DNA of 64,000 nt from Alphaproteobacteria bacterium. GTDB lineage: Bacteria > Pseudomonadota > Alphaproteobacteria > Paracaedibacterales > VGCI01. The stretch spans positions 7-64,006 of the forward strand of contig JAIESE010000011.1 in NCBI GenBank assembly GCA_019746225.1, written 5' to 3'. Below the pieces are notes generated by a model that searched no databases, was not told the origin of the DNA, and saw only the letters and a program-made list of their open reading frames with translations. The position numbers and the translations under genes were made by a program. Shown here one piece after another: positions 17,534 through 27,188 of the stretch (positions are counted from its first letter, which is position 1; each line of letters starts with the position of its first letter).

Positions 17534-18433
17534 TTACTCTTTTCCCACTCTTACAATTTCCCAATCAAGCGCGACACCACTGGTCTCAAAGACGCGGCGT
17601 TTTACCTCTTCTCCTAAGGATTCTAAATCATTTGCTGTTGCTTGGTCCAGATTTAACAAGAAATTGCAATGTTTTTCGGAGACTTGAGCATCCCCTATTT
17701 GCAATCCTCGACATCCAGCCGCATCAATTAACTTCCAGGCTTTTTGTGAATCTGGGTTCTTAAATGTACTTCCTCCCGTACGCCCCCGGATGGGTTGGCT
17801 TCTTTCGCGCTCAAGTAATATGGCATCAATAGCATCGCCAATCTTTTGAGGATCCTGCCCGGGGATACCTTTCAAAACAGCTCTTGTAACAATCCAACCG
17901 TCTTTCATATTTGTGTGACGATAGGTCATTTCCAATTCTTGAGGCGTTAAGCGATGATGCTTCCCCTTAGGATCTAGAACATCTGCATAAACCAAAATAT
18001 CTTTGGTTTCGTTGTCGTAGGCGCCTGCATTCATGCGCACGGCCCCGCCAATTGTTCCAGGGATTCCCACCAAAAACTCGAGGCCACCGACGCCTGCATC
18101 TCGGCAAGTTAAGGAAACGGTTCGATCAAGGCACCCAGCCCCTACAAAAATAAGATCGTCTTCGATCCGTATATCTGAAAATCCTCTGCCCAACCGAATA
18201 ACAACACCTGATACACCCCCATCTCGAACCAAAAGATTTGACCCCGCCCCAATGATTGTCACTGGAATTTCTTGAGGCTTATGGGATAAAAAATTGGCCA
18301 AATCCTCTTCATCTGCCGGGCGAAACAGAACATCTGCCGGACCACCGACGCGAAACCAAGTTTGCTCAGCCAACCGTGCCTCAGGGGCATAACGGCCCCG
18401 AATAGCGGGGAGTTGATCCTGCCACTGCTCCAT
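17534..18433 (-). CDS. murB: UDP-N-acetylenolpyruvoylglucosamine reductase
   Basis: 299 aa. The FAD-binding N-terminus (TWFRVGGPAD...GAGSNLLV) and the C-terminal SEKHCNFLLN are typical of MurB. Confidence 0.93.
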   Translation of the reverse strand: MEQWQDQLPAIRGRYAPEARLAEQTWFRVGGPADVLFRPADEEDLANFLSHKPQEIPVTIIGAGSNLLVRDGGVSGVVIRLGRGFSDIRIEDDLIFVGAGCLDRTVSLTCRDAGVGGLEFLVGIPGTIGGAVRMNAGAYDNETKDILVYADVLDPKGKHHRLTPQELEMTYRHTNMKDGWIVTRAVLKGIPGQDPQKIGDAIDAILLERERSQPIRGRTGGSTFKNPDSQKAWKLIDAAGCRGLQIGDAQVSEKHCNFLLNLDQATANDLESLGEEVKRRVFETSGVALDWEIVRVGKE

Positions 18434-19909
18434 TCAGTTCGCCGCCTTGAGCGGGCTTTTGAGGGCTTCCAATTGATCCGGCAACGTTGCCGCCCACTGG
18501 GTGATGTTCCCCGCTCCTAAACACAAGATCATATCGCCTTCCCGAGGGCCCCCTGGAAATGAAGAATAAGATAAAGCCGCAAGATTTTGGGGATCCGTCA
18601 ATTCTTGCACCTGAAGCCCAGAAGAAGCTTTGATCGCATCCACCAAATGGCCAGATGTTGCACCCTCAATGGGAGATTCCCCTGCCTCGTATACGGGTGC
18701 TACAAGAAGAGCATCCACACCCTCAAAACAGGTGACGTAGTCCGCGAAGAAATGATGCAGGCGGGTATATCGATGGGGCTGGACAACAGCCAGAATCCGA
18801 CCCGTTGTCGCTTGACGGGCAGCGGCCAAGACTGTTTTGATTTCAACGGGATGATGGGCATAATCATCAATCACGGTGATGCCAGCGCCAACACCTGTTT
18901 TTGTAAAGCGCCGCTTAACGCCTGCAAATCCGGCAAATGCCCGGCGAATAACATCATCCTCGAAGCACAATTCTTGAGCAAGTGCAACCACAGCTAACGC
19001 ATTTTGAACGTTATGTTGCCCCATCATGGGTAAGAATATATCCTTAATTTTTCGAGGAAGGACGGAAATGGATCCCTTGGCTAAAGCGCGATGTGCCAGT
19101 GCTGCTGGCGTTGCAATTTCAATATCGAAAGTCGTTCCTTCTGGGCTTTGACGTAGATTTACAGCCCGAACATTCGCATCATCCGTAAACCCATAAGTCA
19201 TAATACGCCGATCCGACAATTTGGGGAGAAGCGCCCGGACTTCATCATGGTCAAGACACATAATGCCCAAACCATAGAAGGGAATACGCTCAACAAAATC
19301 AACAAAAGCTCGCTTCAAATGGTCAAAACTATCATAAAAATCCATGTGCTCTGGATCGATGTTAGTGACAACTGCAATCGTTGCTGGCAGGCGTGTAAAA
19401 CTGCCATCCGACTCATCGGCTTCAACAATGATCCATTCCCCCTTACCAAGGCGGGCATTGGTTCCATAAGCATTGATGATGCCCCCATTCACAACCGTTG
19501 CATCGAGATCAGCCGCATCAAACAATGCCGCCATCAACGATGTCGTCGTTGTCTTTCCATGGGTTCCAGAAATGGCAACGGAGAGCTTAAAGCGCATCAA
19601 TTCGGCCAGCATCTCTGCTCGACGAATCACTGGAATTCTTTGATCACGGGCTGTTTGAAGTTCGATATTGGACGATTTCACACCAGAAGAAACAACAATG
19701 ACTTGGGCGCCTTGAATATTGTTCGCCTCATGCCCAATGGTAATCACAATGCCCATTTGGCGTAATCGCTGAATATTCGCATTTTCTGCAATATCACTGC
19801 CCCGCACCTCATAGCCTAAGTTATGAAGAACTTCAGCAATGCCGCTCATTCCAATGCCACCAATGCCAATAAAGTGAATGATTTTAACGGTATGGGGAGG
19901 AATGCGCAT
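18434..19909 (-). CDS. murC: UDP-N-acetylmuramate--L-alanine ligase
   Basis: 491 aa. IHFIGIGGIGMSGIAEVL and the Mur ligase P-loop SGTHGKTTTT. Confidence 0.95.
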   Translation of the reverse strand: MRIPPHTVKIIHFIGIGGIGMSGIAEVLHNLGYEVRGSDIAENANIQRLRQMGIVITIGHEANNIQGAQVIVVSSGVKSSNIELQTARDQRIPVIRRAEMLAELMRFKLSVAISGTHGKTTTTSLMAALFDAADLDATVVNGGIINAYGTNARLGKGEWIIVEADESDGSFTRLPATIAVVTNIDPEHMDFYDSFDHLKRAFVDFVERIPFYGLGIMCLDHDEVRALLPKLSDRRIMTYGFTDDANVRAVNLRQSPEGTTFDIEIATPAALAHRALAKGSISVLPRKIKDIFLPMMGQHNVQNALAVVALAQELCFEDDVIRRAFAGFAGVKRRFTKTGVGAGITVIDDYAHHPVEIKTVLAAARQATTGRILAVVQPHRYTRLHHFFADYVTCFEGVDALLVAPVYEAGESPIEGATSGHLVDAIKASSGLQVQELTDPQNLAALSYSSFPGGPREGDMILCLGAGNITQWAATLPDQLEALKSPLKAAN

Positions 19910-20039
19910 AAGCTTCTGAAACCTTTTTTGGAATATAATTGACCTATCTATTTGGTAGCAAACTTTACCCTATTTGCGCAAGCATTACAGCAAACAAATA
20001 TACTTCAAATTTTACTTTATTTGTTGAGTTTTGAATGTA

Positions 20040-21119
20040 TTAGAACAACCCCTCGACCATTTGGGCGAGCTTTAGGGCAGCATCGGGTTGCCCGAAGTGA
20101 TGCATTTTGTCTGCCATAACCTTTAATCCTTTGGGGTCTGTCATGGCACTCACCAAAAGCTCTTGCAGTTTTTGTGACGTAAACCCTTTTTCTAATACAA
20201 CCCAAGCGGCTCCACTATCACTCAAGCTCATTGCATTGGCTTGCTGATGATTGTCCATGGCATACGGATAAGGAACAAGCAATGCAGGGCGCCCGGATAC
20301 CCCCAACTCAGCCATAGTAGATGCACCTGCACGGGCAATGATGAGGTGCGCTGCGCGCATTCGTTGGTCAACGTCCTCAAAAAACGGCTTCAATTCTACG
20401 GATATCTCTGATTTTTCATAGGCCGCCTTCGTCATTTCTAAAAATTCAGGACGACACTGCTGCCAAATAACTAAGCGCCCGCGAAGATTCGGAGATAAAT
20501 CGCACAAAGCTTTTGGAATCACATCAGAAAAAATGCGTGCTCCTTGACTGCCCCCAATGATGAGCAACCGAAACGGCTCCTGCCCATTCGATGGTTCGTA
20601 AGCATGATCTCGAATCGCCTGAATGGATTGACGAACCGGATTGCCCGTGTAAACGAGTTTGTCCTGAAAAGCATCCGCGAACTTTACGTGTACAAAAGCA
20701 ACGCCGATGCGCTTGACAAAGCGTGCCACCAAACGATTGGCTCGCCCAAGAACCGCATTCTGTTCATGCAATGCTGTTGGAAGACGCATCACATATCCTG
20801 CCAAAACTGCAGGGAGCGATGGATATCCCCCAAACCCTAATACAGCTGAAGGGCGCAACCGAATCATATGAACTATAGCCAAGAAAAAGCTGAGAGCTAA
20901 GCCAGCCCCAAGAACAAGCGGCGCCAAGAGTCCCCGCCCCTTCCAAGCAGGCAGAGCTATAACTTTGGAAACACCGGCAGCTTGTTGAAAAACTTGCCCC
21001 CGATGGTCCGTCATGATCACGACCTTATACCCGCGCTCATGTAACGTTTGTGCCAAGCTCAACGCCGGAAAAACATGGCCTCCTGTGCCGCCGGAGGAGA
21101 GGATGATGGTCTTTGTCAT
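20040..21119 (-). CDS. murG: UDP-N-acetylglucosamine--N-acetylmuramyl-(pentapeptide) pyrophosphoryl-undecaprenol GlcNAc transferase
   Basis: 359 aa. The GGTGGHVFPALSLA N-terminal motif and GT28 architecture. Confidence 0.95.
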   Translation of the reverse strand: MTKTIILSSGGTGGHVFPALSLAQTLHERGYKVVIMTDHRGQVFQQAAGVSKVIALPAWKGRGLLAPLVLGAGLALSFFLAIVHMIRLRPSAVLGFGGYPSLPAVLAGYVMRLPTALHEQNAVLGRANRLVARFVKRIGVAFVHVKFADAFQDKLVYTGNPVRQSIQAIRDHAYEPSNGQEPFRLLIIGGSQGARIFSDVIPKALCDLSPNLRGRLVIWQQCRPEFLEMTKAAYEKSEISVELKPFFEDVDQRMRAAHLIIARAGASTMAELGVSGRPALLVPYPYAMDNHQQANAMSLSDSGAAWVVLEKGFTSQKLQELLVSAMTDPKGLKVMADKMHHFGQPDAALKLAQMVEGLF

Positions 21120-21219
21120 AAAGAATTCCTATCTCGTGGTTTCGATGGCTCATTGTAGTAACCCCCCTTTCCGGCGTCAAGGAACAGGCCACGATCTGAC
21201 CTATTTGACGTGAAAAAAC

Positions 21220-21248
21220 TTGACGCACCCTCAAATAACTCTTATAGA
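21220..21248 (+). promoter_or_regulatory. sigma70-like promoter candidate for the orphan gene at 21284
   Basis: TTGACG (21220-21225), a 17-nt spacer, then TATAGA (21243-21248), 36 nt upstream of the ATG. Sequence pattern only. Confidence 0.4.
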
Positions 21249-21283
21249 TTTCCTAATTCACGAAAAAACAGAAAGTATACAAA

Positions 21284-22111
21284 ATGAACAAACATATCGC
21301 CCATATTTTCTCTTATACTTTTCTATTGGCCAGCCCTTTAATGGCAATGGAAGAACCAATAGATGTTCCAGACTCAGACAAAATCAGCATCACTGGGCTC
21401 AAGAGAGAACATGTTGTTCAAGCCCTTTGGGTCAACGCTTCCGGAACAGGGAATGCAGAGATTGCCCGAGCCTATATGCCAACAGCAACCTTCCCGCTGC
21501 CAACGCAAGAAGAGGCAAGACAATTCTCAAGCAAGTCAACCGGAAGTTACTTTATGGGACGAAAAATGCCCATCGCTTTTGGAGAAGATTCCTTTGGTGG
21601 GTACGGATATAATATGAACCACGGTCCCAATCGCGCCCAAAAAGTCATCGAAGCTTTAAGGATATTAGCTGAAAAAGGAGATGTTACGGAAGCTGCCCTT
21701 AAAAAACTCTACGTACCTGTATTGGATGAAGTCCTTAAAATTGAATGGGCGAAAATGAATGCCCTAATTGCTAAGGGGGAGATGGAAAGGACGTTTCCAA
21801 TGCATACGAATCTCACGGCTATAAAGGATGCGGACTGTGTCGGCCTCACCATGGCGATGGATCTTAATGGCGAACAAACGAAGGGAGCCCAAGAATTTGC
21901 TAAAGGATTAGCAGGACATTACATGGGCAGAGGCACAAATACAACCCAAACGCCTGCTCCCACACCAACGACAACGCCCCCTCCTCCTTCAACCAAGGAA
22001 GATGCCGTTTCCACACCACCTTTATCGAATAAATTTGAGGAGGATATGAAAGCTGGCCTCCAAGGCATGTTTGGGGGAAAAAGCGAAAAGAAGAAAAATA
22101 TTAAGAAATAG
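21284..22111 (+). CDS. orphan secreted protein with Pro/Thr-rich linker and basic tail (hypothetical)
   Basis: 275 aa. Leader MNKHIAHIFSYTFLLASPLMA|MEEP. C-terminal TQTPAPTPTTTPPPPST linker and a KSEKKKNIKK tail. Inserted in the dcw cluster in the opposite orientation. Confidence 0.7.
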   Translation: MNKHIAHIFSYTFLLASPLMAMEEPIDVPDSDKISITGLKREHVVQALWVNASGTGNAEIARAYMPTATFPLPTQEEARQFSSKSTGSYFMGRKMPIAFGEDSFGGYGYNMNHGPNRAQKVIEALRILAEKGDVTEAALKKLYVPVLDEVLKIEWAKMNALIAKGEMERTFPMHTNLTAIKDADCVGLTMAMDLNGEQTKGAQEFAKGLAGHYMGRGTNTTQTPAPTPTTTPPPPSTKEDAVSTPPLSNKFEEDMKAGLQGMFGGKSEKKKNIKK

Positions 22112-22141
22112 GACAGTATAAGAAGAGGTGGGGCGAGAGCC

Positions 22142-22582
22142 CTACCTTATTTCCTTTATCATCTGCACGATTGGACGTCCAAGCCCTTGCCCTGGATCTG
22201 TCCAACTTCCAAGGAGATACCCTAATTTCTGATAGAACCCTTGCGCTTCTGCTCCTGCGTTTGTAAGAAGCCTTTTGATGTTTTTATCCCTGGCAAAGAC
22301 TTCTACTGCCGCGAGCATTTTGGAACCAATCCCCTTATTTTGATACGCAGGTAAAATCGTAACGAGTCGAACAGCTGCTTCGTTTTCTTGAAGCAAATCT
22401 AAACGAACCACTCCAACAGTCTTTCCGTCTTTCAAATACACAAAATTGAAATGGTGGGGATTCCGATCGCCCTTATGAGCACGGTCATAAGGAAGGCCCT
22501 TAAACAAGATGGCTTCCCGAATCTCATGAACAGGAAGCAAGTCCTCTTCAGTAAGACATAATTTGAGATCGAATTCTTCCAT
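22142..22582 (-). CDS. GNAT family N-acetyltransferase
   Basis: About 146 aa from MEEFDLK (an alternative start at 22606 would overlap ftsW). Acetyl-CoA motif QNKGIGSKML and C-terminal FYQKLGY. Lies between ftsW and murG. Confidence 0.75.
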   Translation of the reverse strand: MEEFDLKLCLTEEDLLPVHEIREAILFKGLPYDRAHKGDRNPHHFNFVYLKDGKTVGVVRLDLLQENEAAVRLVTILPAYQNKGIGSKMLAAVEVFARDKNIKRLLTNAGAEAQGFYQKLGYLLGSWTDPGQGLGRPIVQMIKEIR

Positions 22583-22583
22583 A

Positions 22584-23846
22584 TCACAGAATCTCTGCCG
22601 CTCCATGGCGACGGCGAGTAAGCGCAAGAACCATGCCCATAGACATGGCCAGCGCCAAAAGGGAAGACCCTCCATAGCTGATAAACGGCATGGTCATCCC
22701 TTTGGTTGGGATAATGTGCAAGGTGGACGACATATTGACCAACGCTTGACTGCCAAATTGAATGATCAGCCCACATACCGCCAAGATCACAAACAGGCTA
22801 CTTTCATGCATAACCCGCAAGAAAGATCGCACAACGATAAAGGCAAATAAACCAACGACGACAGTGCATAACACAAGCCCAAACTCCTCACCTGCCACAG
22901 CAAAAACAAAGTCAGCGTGGGCGTCGGGAATATATTTCTTTACCGTCCCTTCTCCAGGACCCCGCCCGAGCAAACCCCCATTCATAAAGGCTTCTAGAGA
23001 TTGGTGAACCTGATAGAGGTCGTGTTTGGGATCCCCTGTTGAGGGGTCCAGGAATTGATCAATACGTCTAGCCACGTGGGGAAAGAAAAAATAGGAACTG
23101 ACCAATCCAAAGATCCCCATACCCGCCACGAGCCCCATCCAAAACAGGGGCATACCGGCTATAAACAACTGCCCAATCCACGCAGCGGTCGTGACCACCG
23201 TCATTCCTAAATCTGGTTGCATCATCAACAAGAGAGCAAAAAATCCGAGCAAAGCGCAAGATATCACCATACCTGGGAAACGGGGGTTACGATAGCGCTC
23301 TGCCAGCATCCAAGCCACTAAAACAGCAAATGCAGGTTTGACAAACTCTGAAGCTTGCATAGAGAAACTCCCAATGCTTAACCATCGCCTGGCACCTTTT
23401 ATTTCCATACCATTTGTGATCGTCAAGGCGAGCAAACAAAGACCCAAAATATAGACGAGTGTTGCCAGTCTTCGCGTTTGGCGCGGGGTCATGAGAGATG
23501 TTGCAACCAAAATAAAGAGCGTCGGAATCATCATAATGAGATGGCGCTTCACAAAGTAAAACCCGCCCAAATTTAAGCGGTCAGCAACTGGAGGGATTGC
23601 CGCAAAACTTAACAGAATACCAATGCCCATTAAAATAGTGATGGCACCCAAACTCCATCGATCAACGGTCCACCACCAGCGACCTAAAATACTGGTATCG
23701 CGGCGGGAAAAAGTATAGTTCTTCGGCTTTACAGATGATGCTTGGGCAAGAAGAGGGATATCTGTGAGCTCAGCCGGCTCAATCAACGGCTTCAAGGTTG
23801 GTTCACGACGGGACCAGCGTTTGTCTGAAAAAGCACCTTTTAACAT
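22584..23846 (-). CDS. ftsW: peptidoglycan glycosyltransferase / lipid II flippase FtsW (SEDS family)
   Basis: 420 aa, polytopic. SEDS motifs (QPDLGM, FAVAGEEFGL, PTKGMTMPFISYGGSS). Confidence 0.93.
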   Translation of the reverse strand: MLKGAFSDKRWSRREPTLKPLIEPAELTDIPLLAQASSVKPKNYTFSRRDTSILGRWWWTVDRWSLGAITILMGIGILLSFAAIPPVADRLNLGGFYFVKRHLIMMIPTLFILVATSLMTPRQTRRLATLVYILGLCLLALTITNGMEIKGARRWLSIGSFSMQASEFVKPAFAVLVAWMLAERYRNPRFPGMVISCALLGFFALLLMMQPDLGMTVVTTAAWIGQLFIAGMPLFWMGLVAGMGIFGLVSSYFFFPHVARRIDQFLDPSTGDPKHDLYQVHQSLEAFMNGGLLGRGPGEGTVKKYIPDAHADFVFAVAGEEFGLVLCTVVVGLFAFIVVRSFLRVMHESSLFVILAVCGLIIQFGSQALVNMSSTLHIIPTKGMTMPFISYGGSSLLALAMSMGMVLALTRRRHGAAEIL

Positions 23847-25193
23847 TTATGCCTCCAAAGACTGAACAAGTTGGCAGAAGACTTCGCCCCGGTGTTCAAA
23901 GTCTTGAAATTGGTCAAAACTTGCGCAAGCGGGCGACAAGAGAATGACGGGATTATTCGCCCCATCCGCTAAAGCCTGACGAAAGGAATCCTTCACCGCA
24001 TTTTCCATTGTTCCCGACTTTGTATATGGCACTTTTTCCTCCAAGGTTGCAGCGAATTGATCTTGTGCGTCACCTATCAAGAAAGTATGCACAATTTTGG
24101 GAAAATAGGAAGCCAGGGAATCAATACCATCACTCTTTGCTTTTCCGCCTGCAATCCAATAAATTTTGTCAAAAGTGGCAAGAGCCTTGGCCGTTGCATC
24201 CGCATTTGTTCCCTTACTGTCATTGATAAAGGTAATGCCGCTTAAATTCCGTACCCATTCCTGGCGATGGGCCAATCCCGGAAAGGTTTTCATGGCATCC
24301 ACAATATCGTCTTTCGCAAGTCCTAAAGCGCGACAAACACCATAGGCAATAGCTGCATTTTGGAAATTATGAGTCCCTTTTAAGGTGGGCAAGGAAGAGA
24401 GCTCAAGGACGCGACCGAATCCATCCAACAACCACCCCTCTTGACCATAAATTCCCTCGTCAAGGGGCCGTGTCACGGAGACAGGTACGGTGGATTGTAT
24501 TTTTGAAATTTCCTGCCAAACGGAATCAGAAAAAGCGTCATCTACCCCAATCACGGCTGTCTGCTTCTGGTGGATCGTTTGGAAAATTCGTTTCTTCGCA
24601 GCCACATAATTTTCCAAAGAACCATGGCGATCCAAATGATCCGGCGAAATGTTCATCCAAGCAGCCACATCCAAATCCAACGGACCAAAAAGTTCTAACT
24701 GATAAGAGGAAAGCTCGAGAACATAGGTCCCAGCATCTGGCAAATCGAGCATCGGCGTGCCAATGTTTCCACCTACTTGAGCATCCACACCACAGCTTTT
24801 TAGAATATGCCCCACAAGGGCGGTTGTTGTGGATTTTCCGTTTGTTCCTGTAATGCCCACAAACCGGGCGTCTGGATGAGCAGCTCTCAACAAATCACCA
24901 TCCCCAATAATGGGAATCTGCCTTTGACGGGCTTCTTGTGTCAACGAGTGAGGTGCTGGCAATCCCAAAGGAATGCCGGGACTTTGAATGAGCGCTGCCA
25001 CTTGACCCCAAGGAATTTCAGGGACAACAATTGCCCCTACTTTTTCTGCTTCAGATACTTTCGAGGAATTATCGTCAACGGCGATCACAGATGCACCCCT
25101 CGCCAACAACCATTTCAGAGTTGAGAAACCAGATCGGGCGAGGCCCAAAACCACATATGTTTTTCCACAAACCGGGAACCAAGGACGCATCAT
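23847..25193 (-). CDS. murD: UDP-N-acetylmuramoylalanine--D-glutamate ligase
   Basis: 448 aa. Mur ligase P-loop GITGTNGKSTTT. Syntenic position. Confidence 0.93.
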   Translation of the reverse strand: MMRPWFPVCGKTYVVLGLARSGFSTLKWLLARGASVIAVDDNSSKVSEAEKVGAIVVPEIPWGQVAALIQSPGIPLGLPAPHSLTQEARQRQIPIIGDGDLLRAAHPDARFVGITGTNGKSTTTALVGHILKSCGVDAQVGGNIGTPMLDLPDAGTYVLELSSYQLELFGPLDLDVAAWMNISPDHLDRHGSLENYVAAKKRIFQTIHQKQTAVIGVDDAFSDSVWQEISKIQSTVPVSVTRPLDEGIYGQEGWLLDGFGRVLELSSLPTLKGTHNFQNAAIAYGVCRALGLAKDDIVDAMKTFPGLAHRQEWVRNLSGITFINDSKGTNADATAKALATFDKIYWIAGGKAKSDGIDSLASYFPKIVHTFLIGDAQDQFAATLEEKVPYTKSGTMENAVKDSFRQALADGANNPVILLSPACASFDQFQDFEHRGEVFCQLVQSLEA

Positions 25194-25388
25194 CTTGTTA
25201 TAAGTCCTGAAAGACGTTCGTAGCCAATATTCTATATAAAATAACCTAACATACCATTCTTATTTCATAAAAGGCCATAGAAATTACAGTTTTACTTCCC
25301 ACCTCGTTATTACTATGAAGGGATATGACAAAAATGATGATTTTTACCAAAAGCCATAATTTTAAGACTCCTTTAACAAACTTGGCTT

Positions 25389-25955
25389 TTAGCCTTTTCT
25401 TAATTCCACCAGAAGAACATTGACTTTATCTATATGACTTGATGATTTTGCCTTTTCGGCGAGGACCTCTAAACAAAATAGAAATTCTTTTTTCGAGTCA
25501 AATGACATGAAACCATGAAAATTGAGACCGGTATCCTTTTTATAGGTTAAAATATATTTTTCTACATCTCCCTTGCGTTCAATTTTGCTCTCAAAACACT
25601 CAGGGCCTTCGGGTGTTGAAAAATATAAATCATATAGTAATTTTGCTCTGCGATTCAAAAGCAGTTCTTTATCAATGGGAAAGCTCGATTTTGAATTAAC
25701 CTTATTATCTAGTTTATTTCCTACAAGAACTAAAACTGCTGATGTCCTGCGAATCATTCTTGAGGAAGTTTCAGGCTCCTCCTCCGACACAGCGGCTGAA
25801 TTCGTCAGTAATGCATTCAGCGTCTGAGAGGCGGTCAGTTCTTGGGGAAGCACTCTTGCAATGTCATCAAATGGCGTTCTACGTCCATCATCCATGCCAA
25901 AGCTACCCTTAGCTAAACCAAACCCCATCAGAATTCCGATTAACTTTTTGCCCAT
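25389..25955 (-). CDS. orphan secreted protein (hypothetical)
   Basis: 188 aa. TGGAGA SD. Leader MGKKLIGILMGFGLAKGSFG|MDDG. AT-rich. Inserted between mraY and murD, flanked by ~120 and ~195 bp of non-coding sequence. Confidence 0.6.
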   Translation of the reverse strand: MGKKLIGILMGFGLAKGSFGMDDGRRTPFDDIARVLPQELTASQTLNALLTNSAAVSEEEPETSSRMIRRTSAVLVLVGNKLDNKVNSKSSFPIDKELLLNRRAKLLYDLYFSTPEGPECFESKIERKGDVEKYILTYKKDTGLNFHGFMSFDSKKEFLFCLEVLAEKAKSSSHIDKVNVLLVELRKG

Positions 25956-26076
25956 AACAAGTCTCCAGTGTTATATGAAACATATACTTTTTGAAATTTC
26001 GCTTTAATGCGAGAAAGCTATATCACCTTTTGACGGAGATCCAGATGTGATTAATCAGAATATTCAGCTTTTCTCA

Positions 26077-27165
26077 TTACCGCAGCTTCAGCGTCGAAAG
26101 ACCGATCAGTGCTAAAATACTGGCAATAATCCAGAAGCGAACAACGATTGTTGGTTCTGGCCAGCCCTTCTTCTCGAAGTGGTGATGAATGGGTGCCATC
26201 AAGAAAATCCGCTTCTTTGTTAATTTGTAATAGCCCACTTGCAAGATAACGGAGACCGCCTCGAGCACAAACAATCCCCCAATAATAAAGAGAACAAGTT
26301 CGTGTTTGGTGATGATACTGATCACCCCCAACGCCCCTCCGGCCGCCAAAGATCCTGTATCCCCCATAAAAACTTTTGCAGGGGGAGCATTAAACCACAA
26401 GAACCCAAGCCCTGCCCCAATTAGTCCACCCCCAAATACGGCTAACTCCCCAACCTGGGGCACATGATGGAGCTGTAGATAATTGGAAAACACAGCATTA
26501 CCGACAAGGTATGATATTAAGGCAAAACAGCTCATGGCGATCATCACAGGTACAATGGCTAGCCCATCTAACCCATCTGTTAAATTCACCGCGTTCGAGG
26601 CGCCCACCATAACGCAGATGGCAAATACATAAAAAAAGAGACCTAAGTGAATCAGATAATCCTTGAATATAGGTACCGCAACGGCTCCTTTTAAACTTTC
26701 TGTCGACAAATCTAAAATAAAGTAAGTGGCAATGCCAGAAATAAGAAGTTGTCCTAAAAACTTTCGCTGAGCGGATAGCCCTTTGCTGCTGCGTCGGGTG
26801 AGCTTTAAATAATCGTCCCTGGCCCCAAGAGCCCCAAAACCAAGCGTCACGATGAGAACAATCCATATGTAGGCATTAGATAAATCAGCCCAAAGAAGTG
26901 TGCTAAAAGTCAAGGCAAGAAGGATTAAACTTCCCCCCATTGTGGGAGTTCCCTTCTTTGTCAACAAATGGGACTCCGGGCCATCTTCCCGAATGGGCTG
27001 CCCCCGACCTTGTTTGCTTTTTAGCCAATCGATGATGGGCTGGCCAAGCAAAAAACTCAAGATAAGAGCTGTTAAAATTGCTCCGCCCGTGCGAAACGTT
27101 AGATACCTGAAAAGATTAAAGAACCCAATTTCCCCTGCATAGGGGACTAAAAAATAATACAGCAT
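26077..27165 (-). CDS. mraY: phospho-N-acetylmuramoyl-pentapeptide transferase
   Basis: 362 aa, polytopic. [13 protein letters not shown] and [11 protein letters not shown] motifs. Confidence 0.95.
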   Translation of the reverse strand: MLYYFLVPYAGEIGFFNLFRYLTFRTGGAILTALILSFLLGQPIIDWLKSKQGRGQPIREDGPESHLLTKKGTPTMGGSLILLALTFSTLLWADLSNAYIWIVLIVTLGFGALGARDDYLKLTRRSSKGLSAQRKFLGQLLISGIATYFILDLSTESLKGAVAVPIFKDYLIHLGLFFYVFAICVMVGASNAVNLTDGLDGLAIVPVMIAMSCFALISYLVGNAVFSNYLQLHHVPQVGELAVFGGGLIGAGLGFLWFNAPPAKVFMGDTGSLAAGGALGVISIITKHELVLFIIGGLFVLEAVSVILQVGYYKLTKKRIFLMAPIHHHFEKKGWPEPTIVVRFWIIASILALIGLSTLKLR

Positions 27166-27188
27166 ATTTTATGGACCCTCTAACCCTT

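Noticed and set aside
22583-22675. Longer start for the GNAT gene (the track's 22675, or 22606)
   Set aside because: The extension (MEGLPFWRWPCLWAWFLRLLAVA...) overlaps the ftsW 3' end out of frame and is not GNAT-like. The exact start remains uncertain because no clear SD precedes either internal ATG.
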